Sequence record: PV472050.1
DNA length: 64,000 nt
Reading direction: 5' to 3' (one strand)
The translations under genes were made by a program, and so were the position numbers. Below are positions 30,268 through 39,189 of the stretch, piece after piece; the first letter of the stretch is position 1, and every line of letters starts with the position of its first letter. The notes beneath the pieces were generated by a model that searched no databases, was not told the origin of the DNA, and worked only from the letters and a program-made list of their open reading frames with translations.

Positions 30268-32552
30268 ATCCTAATGCACCCATCCCCGGGGCTTCTGGTA
30301 CGGCGATGGGCCTCGGCGCCCGTCAAGGTATGTACAACCAGATGTCACCGTCCATGCAACTCCGTGGTGTCCTCGAACACGGCCTGCAAGGGAATAGTCA
30401 GGGTGGGGGTGGGGGTTCCATCCATTGGGAACGCTACGGTAACTCCCTCTATGAAGACGCTGCGCTCCGGGAGATCCGGGAGAATGCGAATTCTGAAATA
30501 GACAGTAACCAACTCTTCTTGGAGAAGTTTTCCCGTGCTGGGGTGGAATTGATTCAGCAGCTAGGAAGACGGCAAGGGGCGTTCTATAACGAATACCGGG
30601 AGACCTTAGAAAACTTTCGTTTTGTTCCCAAAACCCCGGTTAAATGTCCCATTCGGGATGAATTCGTTAACAACCTGAACAAGTACCCTGAAACCCTCCG
30701 CTTTATCTCAACGGCCTCTGTGCCGATGTTTGTCCAGCGACTGATTGTCCTGGGTAAACAAGGGTCTTCGGAGTTGACGACGTCGGACTATATGGGATCC
30801 GCAGTCTTTGCCTATCGGTCGGTTTTAACCATGGAGATGATCTCCTGGTTGTGCAAGAGTCCGGCAGGCCGACAGTTCACGTATAGGTTGACCCCTGAAA
30901 TCCAGAAAATGATCGCTAACCTGGAGCATTTCAAGGATACGTTTAGCCTCGCCTGTAACACGTTAGGTTGTACGAATCCTTATGCGTCCCTGGTGTACGA
31001 GGTGAAGACGCCAACCACGACGGAGAGCCATCTGATCCACGAAGCACAAACCGCCTTCCTTCATTCTAACTTTGGAGCGAACAACGGCGTGGAATCCCAG
31101 AACGATCCAACCACTGAAGACATCTTTGAAATGGTGAGGAAACGGGCTGAGCTGGCCAGAAGGGACAACCAGGGGCATACTCGCCCTGAAGATCCTCGGT
31201 TCCAACCCCCAGAAGTCCAACGCTGGAATAAGGTCCGGAATGATCTTGAAAACCTGACCGTTAAGAACAAGGATGAGTTTGATCTCACCAGTTATTTCCA
31301 TTACATCGGTAAACCCAAGCATTATCTGATTCCGGAAACTGATTGGAAGCGGATAAAGAAGGTTTATAAACGCCACCCTGAACAGTCTCCTCAAGAAGAG
31401 AGTATCCTCCCGGGTTGTTTCCGTATTGTGATTATTGACCTGGAAAAGGATAACGGCTGGTTCAGCACTGTCGTAAGGAGTCGTACACTCGATATGGTCA
31501 CTGCTCTGTCTAGCCCTGAAAAGCTGTTGCCGTTGCTGGAAGCGACGGAAGACGGTAATGACGTGGTGGTCCTGCCGGTGGAGAAGGTGGTAGAGGATAC
31601 CAAGTCCCTGGAGATCACGCTGGAAACCTGCGAAGAATTGGAAGGGATCCCAGTGGTTACGGTGTCTGAAGGCATCGTCAGCGCGACGTCTAAGAAGCTG
31701 ATGGCGGCTGTGGTGACGACCAACACCGCCCTGAGTAAGAACATGCCAGGGACCAACGCCACGTCGTTCTCCGCTACGATCTGGGATACCTTCACCTGTT
31801 CCGACGCTCGGGATAAAATCCGACTCAAGAACGATCTCCCGTTCCTGTTTAAAGACTTTAAGGAGAGCGATCACTCCCTGTCGTATTACCACCGGATGAA
31901 AGCGGTTAAGGAGTACTTGGATGAAGGGATTCTGAATGAGGAGTTGGGTGAGTTCATTCGGACTCGTCTGACCGCAACGGTGAATGCGTGGTTTGTCAGT
32001 TCCCTGGGGTATGAACGTCTGCCCAGCTCACGGAACCATCTGTCGGTAACCGACATCGTCGAGGACTTCGACGAGCTGGATAAGATCCTGGAAGAAGATC
32101 ATCCCGAAGGGTACCGACGGTTCAATGAACCGGGAGGGGCGGGTAACTACCTGACGGAACAAATGAAACTGTTCGTTCCCGATGGGAAATACGATGGCGT
32201 AGAAAGTGAAGAGGGTGGGTTGATCCAGGAAGCTCAGAAGAAGTTGGAGCTCCCGTTGGAACGCCGCTTCCACATCACGGTGATCAATAAGCGCAATGGG
32301 CCGTTGCCGGATCCATCGGGAGAACCCTTGATCATTAAGCGCAGTCGATTCCCGGAGTACTTCGATCTCATAGAGAAAGGATTCAAAGGAACGATGAAAG
32401 AGACGGATAACCTGGACGTTATTGATAAACTGATTCAATTCTCCGGAGGTGATCAACTCTGGTTATTCAGTTACTCAGCCGTCGATAAGAATGTCGCCAC
32501 TCTTCGGGTGGTCAGTCGAAGAAGCCCCTTGGTCCTGTTGGATCTCTTCTGA
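30207..32552 (+). CDS. Large conserved hypothetical protein (phiKZ gp124-like), about 780 aa
   Basis: Long ORF overlapping the end of the RNAP gene (ATG 30207 or 30213), with a Gly-rich N-terminus. Confidence 0.65.
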   Translation: MAMANILRPSGQVNRGTVSIDPNAPIPGASGTAMGLGARQGMYNQMSPSMQLRGVLEHGLQGNSQGGGGGSIHWERYGNSLYEDAALREIRENANSEIDSNQLFLEKFSRAGVELIQQLGRRQGAFYNEYRETLENFRFVPKTPVKCPIRDEFVNNLNKYPETLRFISTASVPMFVQRLIVLGKQGSSELTTSDYMGSAVFAYRSVLTMEMISWLCKSPAGRQFTYRLTPEIQKMIANLEHFKDTFSLACNTLGCTNPYASLVYEVKTPTTTESHLIHEAQTAFLHSNFGANNGVESQNDPTTEDIFEMVRKRAELARRDNQGHTRPEDPRFQPPEVQRWNKVRNDLENLTVKNKDEFDLTSYFHYIGKPKHYLIPETDWKRIKKVYKRHPEQSPQEESILPGCFRIVIIDLEKDNGWFSTVVRSRTLDMVTALSSPEKLLPLLEATEDGNDVVVLPVEKVVEDTKSLEITLETCEELEGIPVVTVSEGIVSATSKKLMAAVVTTNTALSKNMPGTNATSFSATIWDTFTCSDARDKIRLKNDLPFLFKDFKESDHSLSYYHRMKAVKEYLDEGILNEELGEFIRTRLTATVNAWFVSSLGYERLPSSRNHLSVTDIVEDFDELDKILEEDHPEGYRRFNEPGGAGNYLTEQMKLFVPDGKYDGVESEEGGLIQEAQKKLELPLERRFHITVINKRNGPLPDPSGEPLIIKRSRFPEYFDLIEKGFKGTMKETDNLDVIDKLIQFSGGDQLWLFSYSAVDKNVATLRVVSRRSPLVLLDLF

Positions 32553-32588
32553 ATACTTGATTTAATCGCGATTGAATTAAAACTATTA

Positions 32589-32620
32589 ACCTACCCTAGT
32601 GGATCTCCACTAGGGTAGGT
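32589..32620 (+). terminator. Terminator-like hairpin (14 bp)
   Basis: ACCTACCCTAGTGG-ATCT-CCACTAGGGTAGGT followed by a T-rich tract. Confidence 0.8.
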
Positions 32621-32750
32621 ATTCCTTATTGGTTTATTTATTTAACTTACAGTTATTTTCAGATCTAAATAATCAGGGTGAATAGCAACAATCCTATTAG
32701 TTGTTAACTGTTTTACTCCCCATTTCCTACACACGAACGAGGATTCACCC

Positions 32751-33107
32751 ATGACCACTTCCAATGACAAAGCCAAAACCACCAACAAGTCCTTCACCGG
32801 TGAGCGCAAGGAAGGTTTCGCAGCCACAACTGTCGCCGGGATCGTCGGAGGCGTCCTGGGTGCCGCCGCCCATTTCAATGGCACCAAAAACATCGGTTCG
32901 TCCCTGATCGCCGGTGCGGCCGGTGTGACCGTCGGTTGGGCGGCGGGTCGTCTGGTGTCCCCTGTTCAACACCTCGGTACGCCAGCTACCATTCTGGGTA
33001 GTGCCTGGTCGGGACTGCTCGGTGCGTCGATCGCCATCACCGCGGGTGAACTGGCTGGTTCGGTAATGGGTGCTGCCCAAGAAGCCCTGCCGAGCGCCGG
33101 CGAGTAA
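32751..33107 (+). CDS. Glycine-zipper membrane protein (118 aa)
   Basis: It has three hydrophobic G-xxx-G segments, a GAGG RBS and C-ending codon bias. Confidence 0.75.
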   Translation: MTTSNDKAKTTNKSFTGERKEGFAATTVAGIVGGVLGAAAHFNGTKNIGSSLIAGAAGVTVGWAAGRLVSPVQHLGTPATILGSAWSGLLGASIAITAGELAGSVMGAAQEALPSAGE

Positions 33108-33181
33108 GTTCTGTCCCAAGGAGAAGGTTATCCCTTCTCCTCTTCTTTTCAGTAACCCGCTCAGCCAGGAAGGTGTTTATT

Positions 33182-33346
33182 ATGAAATCCAGCGGCCTGC
33201 TTCTTCTGTGCGTTGGTGTTATGTTCGGCTTCTTGTTCGTGAACGCGAACTACGGCCAAGAGACTCAGGAAGATGAATCCCAAGAAGTGATCTTGGGACA
33301 TCGTATTGCTCCTAACGGGCAAGAGATCCTGGTCTACCAACACTGA
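33182..33346 (+). CDS. Small membrane/secreted peptide (54 aa; not in the ORF track)
   Basis: Translates as MKSSGLLLLCVGVMFGFLFVNANYGQETQEDESQEVILGHRIAPNGQEILVYQH. There is an AAGGTG RBS-like sequence, and an N-terminal hydrophobic stretch precedes an acidic tail. Confidence 0.6.
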   Translation: MKSSGLLLLCVGVMFGFLFVNANYGQETQEDESQEVILGHRIAPNGQEILVYQH

Positions 33347-33436
33347 AGAACCCACCCCCCGCTTCCTTGTCCTGTTTAAGAGGGATGAGGAGGCGGGTTC
33401 TTTACGTCTCTTTCATTTTTCACATAGGGAAATACC

Positions 33437-33868
33437 ATGCTAACGCCAGATGAAGCGAAGAAACGTCGAGTAAGAGTGGCTGAAATCTTTAGTCTGATTT
33501 CGGAAGCTAATCAGCTTCTGGTTAAGGTCTCAGCCACCGCGAATGCTAACAGGAGTGAGGAGATGTTTGCGTTATCCATGTCTCTCCTGGAAGAGGCGGA
33601 TACCAAGCTGAATGCGTACAAAAAGGAATTCCCCAATTGTCTCTCCTTGAAGTACAACCGTTGGATGCAAGTCGGGGTGAATTCTGAGGGTGGGGTGAGG
33701 AATAAACAAGGGCTTCCTCAACCCCCTCTCTTGACTGAAGACAATCAGCTCTCCCCTGAGTGGGTGACTTGGTACAGTCAGGTTATGGGGTATTCCCATT
33801 CCCATGCCTTGGAGGTGGGTGAACTTCTGTTGAATGCGTATCAGAACCTTCCTCACTCCGAAGTGTAA
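33437..33868 (+). CDS. Hypothetical protein (143 aa)
   Basis: AGGGA RBS upstream; co-oriented with the island. Confidence 0.65.
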   Translation: MLTPDEAKKRRVRVAEIFSLISEANQLLVKVSATANANRSEEMFALSMSLLEEADTKLNAYKKEFPNCLSLKYNRWMQVGVNSEGGVRNKQGLPQPPLLTEDNQLSPEWVTWYSQVMGYSHSHALEVGELLLNAYQNLPHSEV

Positions 33869-33924
33869 AGGATTAACGGCAAACAGTCTCCCCTCCTTAG
33901 GGGAGACTTTCTTGAGGAAGACGT

Positions 33925-34176
33925 ATGTTTAGAATGAATAAGGGTTGTTACCCTACCGGAATAAATCCTAATGGAAAGTTTCTGAGTCAAGAGGAATTGC
34001 GGAAACTCCCCAATGGGACTTATGTAACCTCCCCTTCGCACCATCATCACGTCTATCACCATGCTCGTCGTGTTGAAGTTCGGGATGGTCAATGCTGGCT
34101 GGTCACTGATCCCAGGTATATTTATTCCCTTGAAGACTTCTTTAAATACAACTTGTTCTACAGGAGAACCGTATGA
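33925..34176 (+). CDS. Hypothetical protein (about 80 aa)
   Basis: GAGGA RBS upstream; co-oriented with the island. Confidence 0.55.
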   Translation: MFRMNKGCYPTGINPNGKFLSQEELRKLPNGTYVTSPSHHHHVYHHARRVEVRDGQCWLVTDPRYIYSLEDFFKYNLFYRRTV

Positions 34177-34307
34177 AAAAGACCTGGATGTTGACGCCTC
34201 ATAGGAGGCATTCGCCAAGCAGTATGGGATTGACCTAGGGAGTAAACTGGGTTCATCCATCGTTGATTAAAAACCTTTTGTCATTAATCCACTTATAGGA
34301 CACCGTT

Positions 34308-34775
34308 ATGTCGAAGAAAATGCCGCCGGACTTCCGTAAACTGCACCTGGAAGCTCTGTACACCTACCTGAATGAAACCACGGGTGCGTGTGTCATCCTG
34401 GTTAACAGCGACGCCGGCCCTGAAGTGAAAGAAATCGGTCAAGGGAACCCCAGCGTCTTCTTCAACATCGGAGGGTTCGCGGTGAAGTACCTTCATTTCC
34501 ATGAGGAGTACGTTCATTTCGAATGTCGTTGCCAGGGGAAGGTATACGAGCTCTTCATCAAGTATGAAGATATCTTGGGTGTACGGTATAACAGAGACTT
34601 GATTTACCTGGGTGGGGTGTGCCGAATAGTAGGTCAGGATGAAGACGGTCGGTTGATGCTCGCCCCTGCGGAAATCACTCCTCCAGAACAGGATGATAAG
34701 AAAGAATCCTCCGTCCCCAAACCTCAGAACGGACACACCTCTCCGTTCAAGGTCATTGAAGGCGGTAAAGACTAA
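34308..34775 (+). CDS. sspB: SspB-like ClpXP adaptor (stringent starvation protein B homologue), 155 aa
   Basis: 'LHLEALYTYL...VILVN...VFFNIGGFAVKYLHFHEEYVHFECRCQGKVYELFIKYEDILGV' parallels the SspB core (LLRALYDWL...IVLNI...AV..L..GND.V.F.ARFGG...V.VP..AVLAI). A Pro/acidic linker and the C-terminal 'PFKVIEGGKD' resemble the LRVVK ClpX-binding tail. Confidence 0.75.
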   Translation: MSKKMPPDFRKLHLEALYTYLNETTGACVILVNSDAGPEVKEIGQGNPSVFFNIGGFAVKYLHFHEEYVHFECRCQGKVYELFIKYEDILGVRYNRDLIYLGGVCRIVGQDEDGRLMLAPAEITPPEQDDKKESSVPKPQNGHTSPFKVIEGGKD

Positions 34776-34790
34776 CCCCTCACCATCAAT

Positions 34791-34818
34791 ACCCCGGTAG
34801 GGATAACCTACCGGTGGT
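34791..34818 (+). terminator. Terminator-like hairpin
   Basis: CCGGTAGG-GATAA-CCTACCGG, just after sspB. Confidence 0.55.
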
Positions 34819-34899
34819 TAAATTATTCTGTTGAGTGTATCTAATACGTACATTGACCAGAATCATTTAGAGTTTCACAAACACCTGAGGTAATCCAAA

Positions 34900-35382
34900 A
34901 TGCTACCGATTAAATCACGGCTACAAGAAATGATCATCAATGCCCAACCCCTCCCCGGCGTTGTGGATGACATTTACAAAGGGTACGAGGAAGTTGGGGT
35001 GTTCTTCTCCAACTTCGATCGGGTAATCACCCAACTCCCTATCGATAAGGATATTCTCAATCACCTACCCCGGGGTGAAGCCAAGACGGAGGACTTCTTC
35101 TTTCTCCACACCATCTACCAGGAGCGGAACAAAGGTGCTATCCACGGTTTCGGAGAAGGGTATTCAGGGAACATTCGTTTCCGGATTAAGATCGTACGGA
35201 ACACTAAAGGGGTCATTGCAGGGTTGACCGTAGGGACTCTGGGCTGGGGAATGAAAGATCTGGAACGGGATTTCAAGAACAAACACCTGTTGCATGGGGG
35301 TGTGGATTACAAAGACGAGCTCCTGGGTAAAGTGGTTCGTCATATTGAATTGGTCAAACTCTTCTACGTCGAAGACTTTTAA
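34900..35382 (+). CDS. Hypothetical protein (160 aa)
   Basis: GAGGT RBS upstream. Confidence 0.7.
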   Translation: MLPIKSRLQEMIINAQPLPGVVDDIYKGYEEVGVFFSNFDRVITQLPIDKDILNHLPRGEAKTEDFFFLHTIYQERNKGAIHGFGEGYSGNIRFRIKIVRNTKGVIAGLTVGTLGWGMKDLERDFKNKHLLHGGVDYKDELLGKVVRHIELVKLFYVEDF

Positions 35383-35407
35383 CATCTTTCAGAAGGAGTA
35401 ACCCCCC

Positions 35408-35731
35408 ATGGCAACAGTTCGTAAGGAAGGGAAAGAACGGACCCCTCTGTCGAGTCCCATCGTAGGCGAACGGGATTCCGTTGATTTCCATAACAACAAA
35501 GAATACCTGGAGAATGGGACGTATCGAGTTATCGAGTACGACGGGGAAATCAATTATTGTGTGTTAGACCATCTCGTTGAATCTTGGTACAGCGAGGAAG
35601 AACACATGGAATTCCTCGATAATCTACACATGGACCATCTGGCCGAGAGAATAGGCGAGCCATACTGCGAAGACTTGGGAGAACCGTTCACCCAAATCCT
35701 ACATGACAATTTCAGTGACCTTTTGACTTAA
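35408..35731 (+). CDS. Acidic hypothetical protein (107 aa)
   Basis: AAGGAG RBS upstream. Confidence 0.7.
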   Translation: MATVRKEGKERTPLSSPIVGERDSVDFHNNKEYLENGTYRVIEYDGEINYCVLDHLVESWYSEEEHMEFLDNLHMDHLAERIGEPYCEDLGEPFTQILHDNFSDLLT

Positions 35732-35748
35732 CAAGACGAGGGGGTGGT

Positions 35749-36534
35749 ATGAACACGTTTTACATCATTCAAGTCGACCAACGTTCCACTTCCCACCCGG
35801 GAACCGTCACTCAGTATTACGCCGAGGATCCCTCTTCTCGTGGTTATCCCGATTTCAGCAAGTCCTGGATGGACTGTGTTACCTTCCACAGCCTCGAAAG
35901 TGCTACTGAAGTCATTAACCGGATGCTCACTGATAAGAACACTCGCTTCGGTGATGGTTCGGTCTATCTTCCCCTCACATTCCGGATACTGCGTCGTGAT
36001 TACAACGCACCTGTTCCCGGTACGAAATACGAGTTCGATCTCTCCATTGTCGAGTTCTCCTACACCGATCCCTCCGACTTGAAAGTCAAAACAGTTGATC
36101 GCTGGGGAGTCGACTTCATATGGGGTGGAGGAGATAAACTCGCCAGGACTTTCTACCGCGTCGAAACGAATCCCGATCAACCCAACATGCCCTACTTGCC
36201 GGGTAAGAATGAACCAAGTCTCTTCTACCCCAAGGCATTGGAGGGCGCTCACCCGTGGGTGTACTGGTATATCCGCAGTCATGAACTTGAGTTCACTTCC
36301 GCTTCAGTTAAAACTGCTTTGGAAGAGAAAGACAAGGTCATCGGTAAAATCAGTAACCAAAGTTCCAATGTGGAGCTTTACGACGAGATGTTTCCTAAGG
36401 CAGGGGATCAGGTTGCAGTGGGGGATCTAGTACTCCTGGGGGATGTTCTGGCTCTTCGTAATAAGAACCCCGATCTCACCCTGGAAGAAATCCACCAACA
36501 AAAATTGTCTCGTCGTGTTTCAGATAAACAATAA
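35749..36534 (+). CDS. Hypothetical protein (261 aa), intact paralogue of 37562-38370
   Basis: GAGGGGG RBS upstream. It aligns by eye with both split ORFs downstream. Confidence 0.75.
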   Translation: MNTFYIIQVDQRSTSHPGTVTQYYAEDPSSRGYPDFSKSWMDCVTFHSLESATEVINRMLTDKNTRFGDGSVYLPLTFRILRRDYNAPVPGTKYEFDLSIVEFSYTDPSDLKVKTVDRWGVDFIWGGGDKLARTFYRVETNPDQPNMPYLPGKNEPSLFYPKALEGAHPWVYWYIRSHELEFTSASVKTALEEKDKVIGKISNQSSNVELYDEMFPKAGDQVAVGDLVLLGDVLALRNKNPDLTLEEIHQQKLSRRVSDKQ

Positions 36535-36603
36535 AGACAATCGGTCAACAGAGGCCCTGTGAGGCCTCTGTTGGTATTTATTTCAGTAGTCAAGGAATTT
36601 GTA

Positions 36604-37068
36604 ATGGCTAGAAAAACCCTGTGTATGTTGATTCGTCATCGCCAGTACGCGCTGGTAACCAATGACATCCAAAAGAGCGACTTCTTTTACACCTGCCCGT
36701 TTGAATCGACCATTGAAGGCCAACCGATTCTCTGTGCGGTGTTCTACAAGAAACCCAACCCCGAACGCATGAAAGCTGCGTATTCGCTGACGACTCTCCC
36801 CTGCCATTTGACCCTTGAAGGATGGCAGAGCCTGATTGTGGATGCAGAACAACGCGCTATCCTCGTTACTCCCAGGCGGATCTATGATTTCCGTGGGGAG
36901 GAAATCAACGTGGTGATCGGGGAGAATAAAGGGTATGTCTTTGGTGCGGGTGAATTCGATCCGCTCTTTGGTAAATACCTCGACGTTAATGTTCCGTTGG
37001 GCGCTCTCTACGCCGACAAGCAAATTGGTGAAGCATTTGAAGTTATCGCTGTAAAACCCCGTAACTAG
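36604..37068 (+). CDS. Hypothetical protein (154 aa)
   Basis: AAGGAA RBS before ATG 36604. Confidence 0.7.
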   Translation: MARKTLCMLIRHRQYALVTNDIQKSDFFYTCPFESTIEGQPILCAVFYKKPNPERMKAAYSLTTLPCHLTLEGWQSLIVDAEQRAILVTPRRIYDFRGEEINVVIGENKGYVFGAGEFDPLFGKYLDVNVPLGALYADKQIGEAFEVIAVKPRN

Positions 37069-37142
37069 GAGGGGTTTATGGGTACCCAAACGATCAGTTC
37101 GGCGATTAACCTACAACCTTCCATTTCGTATTTGGGTGATTT

Positions 37143-37508
37143 ATGGAAAGAACGATTAAAGAAGTATTTGAATCGATGGCGAAGAATCTTCAAGATATCC
37201 AGCGCCTGAAGGGTCCTAACGCAAGGGTATGCATTACCTTAGAGATTGACGGGGAAATAGTCGATTTCATCCTGCATCAGGGATATAAACATCAACCCAC
37301 CCTCTTAACTGCGATTATTATCTCAATCCGTATTCAAAATGTTGAAGGTATCCATCCCCAGGGAGTCATCATGATGTACAGTGATGGCGAATTGTCGATG
37401 GGAATCTACAAAGATGCTAAGTACGGCGGCGAAACGTTGGAAAGTGTGCTTCGTGTCGCCGAAGAATGCATGAGTGAAGTCGAAGAAATCCCCCACACCC
37501 TCCATTGA
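37143..37508 (+). CDS. Hypothetical protein (121 aa)
   Basis: Co-oriented ORF with a GGTG RBS-like sequence. Confidence 0.6.
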   Translation: MERTIKEVFESMAKNLQDIQRLKGPNARVCITLEIDGEIVDFILHQGYKHQPTLLTAIIISIRIQNVEGIHPQGVIMMYSDGELSMGIYKDAKYGGETLESVLRVAEECMSEVEEIPHTLH

Positions 37509-37561
37509 CGGAATACTCTTCCCCACGTCCTACAACCCTACCCCCTTAAAAGGAAATCATC

Positions 37562-38370
37562 ATGTCCATTTCCTACATCATCCAGATTGATTCCCGTCTC
37601 AATAACCAAGGAGATGCCGTTACACGCTTCTATAACGTTCATGGTGGAGCGTTTGACCATCCCCGCTATATGACCCACTGGTACGACGCAAAAGCCTTCA
37701 CAACGTTCCCTGAAGCCGTTAAAGTGGTTAAACGGATCATTGATGAGGAACCGGGGTTGTACTCCAAGGATCCTTATCGGGCGCTGTACGACCTCCGCTC
37801 TGCGGGGTTGGATCGCCCTATAGACCCGGATGGGTCCTACACCTTCGTGATCTACATTATCCGTTGCAATTCGGAGGATCCTTCGGACCCTCGAATGGAA
37901 GTGGTGGATCGTTGGGATGTGGAGTTCTATCGGAATAAAACCCTACCCAACGGTCAGTTCAGTCCTATCGTACACCACGCAGGGGATAATTTTGAAGAGA
38001 GTGACCCCGGACGCCCTTCTACGTCCCAGGGGACAACGAACCCAGTGTCTTCTACTGTGACCGCTTGGGCGGCGCGCATCCTTGGATCCATTGGTACATC
38101 ATTACCCATGAGCTCGAATTCACCCACGAGAACATCGAATTCGCTAAGGATGAGAAAACCCGGGTAATCGAACAGCTGCTGAAACAACAGAGCTGGGTGC
38201 CGTACTACAGTGAGAAATTCCCTCTCACTTCCCGGGAAATCGTTGTCCACCAACCCCTGCTGTTGGGGTATGTGTTGAGTAAGCGTAATGACAATCCTTC
38301 CCTGTCGTTGGAAGAGGTCCATTACCAAGAAATCACCCGGCGTAACACCAAACCGTCTGCTCATCACTGA
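37562..38370 (+). pseudogene. Frameshifted paralogue of 35749-36534 (split into ORFs 37562-38167 and 38065-38370)
   Basis: The N-terminal frame matches the paralogue up to about 38004. The -1 frame then reads TPFYVPGDNEPSVFYCDRLGGAHPWIHWYI, against NMPYLPGKNEPSLFYPKALEGAHPWVYWYI in the paralogue. Confidence 0.75.
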
Positions 38371-38403
38371 GCATTCCGTTAATCCTTATTCCACCGAGGG
38401 AGA

Positions 38404-38751
38404 ATGAACATGAGAATGGTCCATTGGGCTCGATTGGTTAAAGAGTGCCTCCAACTTCAAACCGTCAGCGATGATCGCTACCTGGGGGTCTGCTCAGGGT
38501 TGAGTTTGTTGTACCACAAGTACTTCCTGGTCAACGATCTCCCCCTCGAAGCCAACTACCCGGTGCTTACAGCCGCCTTTAAGGAACGGGTAGACCTGGG
38601 CCCACCGGCTAAGGAATCGGTTATGAGCGCTGAACACGCCCAAGAACTGGTTGAGACGGTGGAGGAGACCCTTCGTTACTACGTCAAGTTCTACGCGGGG
38701 GGTCTTAACCTGAAGGCTTCCTTCTGGGCGGAGGTAAAGGGTCAGCATTAA
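38404..38751 (+). CDS. Hypothetical protein (115 aa)
   Basis: GAGGGAG RBS upstream. Confidence 0.7.
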   Translation: MNMRMVHWARLVKECLQLQTVSDDRYLGVCSGLSLLYHKYFLVNDLPLEANYPVLTAAFKERVDLGPPAKESVMSAEHAQELVETVEETLRYYVKFYAGGLNLKASFWAEVKGQH

Positions 38752-38808
38752 TCTTCCACATCCGTTCCAATCTATGTCGGGCGCTCTTTTTCTAGAAGAG
38801 GTAACCCT

Positions 38809-39000
38809 ATGCCAAGTGTATCACGTAAACAGGCCAACCTTATGCGAGACGCCGCCCACAGCGCTGAGTTCGCGAAGAAGGTGGGTATCGATCACGAGGT
38901 GGCTAAGCATTGGTACGAGGAAGACAAGAAGGCGGGGTGGTTCGACCCCAGTTCCAATAAAGCGGAATCTTCGAAAAAGACCCCTTCCAAGTCCAGTTAG
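38809..39000 (+). CDS. Small basic conserved phage protein (63 aa)
   Basis: GAGGT RBS upstream. 'MPSVSRKQANLMRDAAHSAEFAKKVGI' resembles a small-protein family I recall from other large phages; the function is unknown. Confidence 0.7.
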   Translation: MPSVSRKQANLMRDAAHSAEFAKKVGIDHEVAKHWYEEDKKAGWFDPSSNKAESSKKTPSKSS

Positions 39001-39030
39001 TCGTTTCCGTAGTCTTTCCCTTGTAAGGGG

Positions 39031-39151
39031 TGCTCTCGTAACAGTAATCCTTAGCGGTTACTCGCAGTCGTCCGTGGCCGAGAGCATAAAACAGTACAGG
39101 TCTATCTATTCCTTGTGATGGGGTGAATAGGTATGACAATGGCGAACGGAC
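39031..39151 (+). ncRNA. Candidate pseudoknotted structured RNA or leader
   Basis: Complementary segments: 39031-38/39079-86 (8 bp), 39043-50/39056-62, 39070-78/39141-51 and 39100-111/39125-137. Confidence 0.4.
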
Positions 39152-39189
39152 CCCTTTCGATTCAAGTGTAACACTGGAAGAAAAACACA

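Noticed and set aside
34173-34270. Protein-like frame DLDVDAS*EAFAKQYGIDLG interrupted by TAG 34202, hinting at stop-codon reassignment
   Set aside because: This is a single short case. All major genes are intact under the standard code and no suppressor tRNA is present. It is more likely a decayed small gene.
36604-37068. Possible HslV/Ntn-hydrolase-like peptidase
   Set aside because: There is no N-terminal catalytic Thr motif, and the resemblance is too weak to call.
37078-37209. 43-aa ORF with a strong GGAGGGG RBS overlapping the 37143 gene
   Set aside because: It is too short and featureless to support. It cannot be joined to 37143 because a stop at 37107 blocks that frame. It may be real, but it is unsupported.
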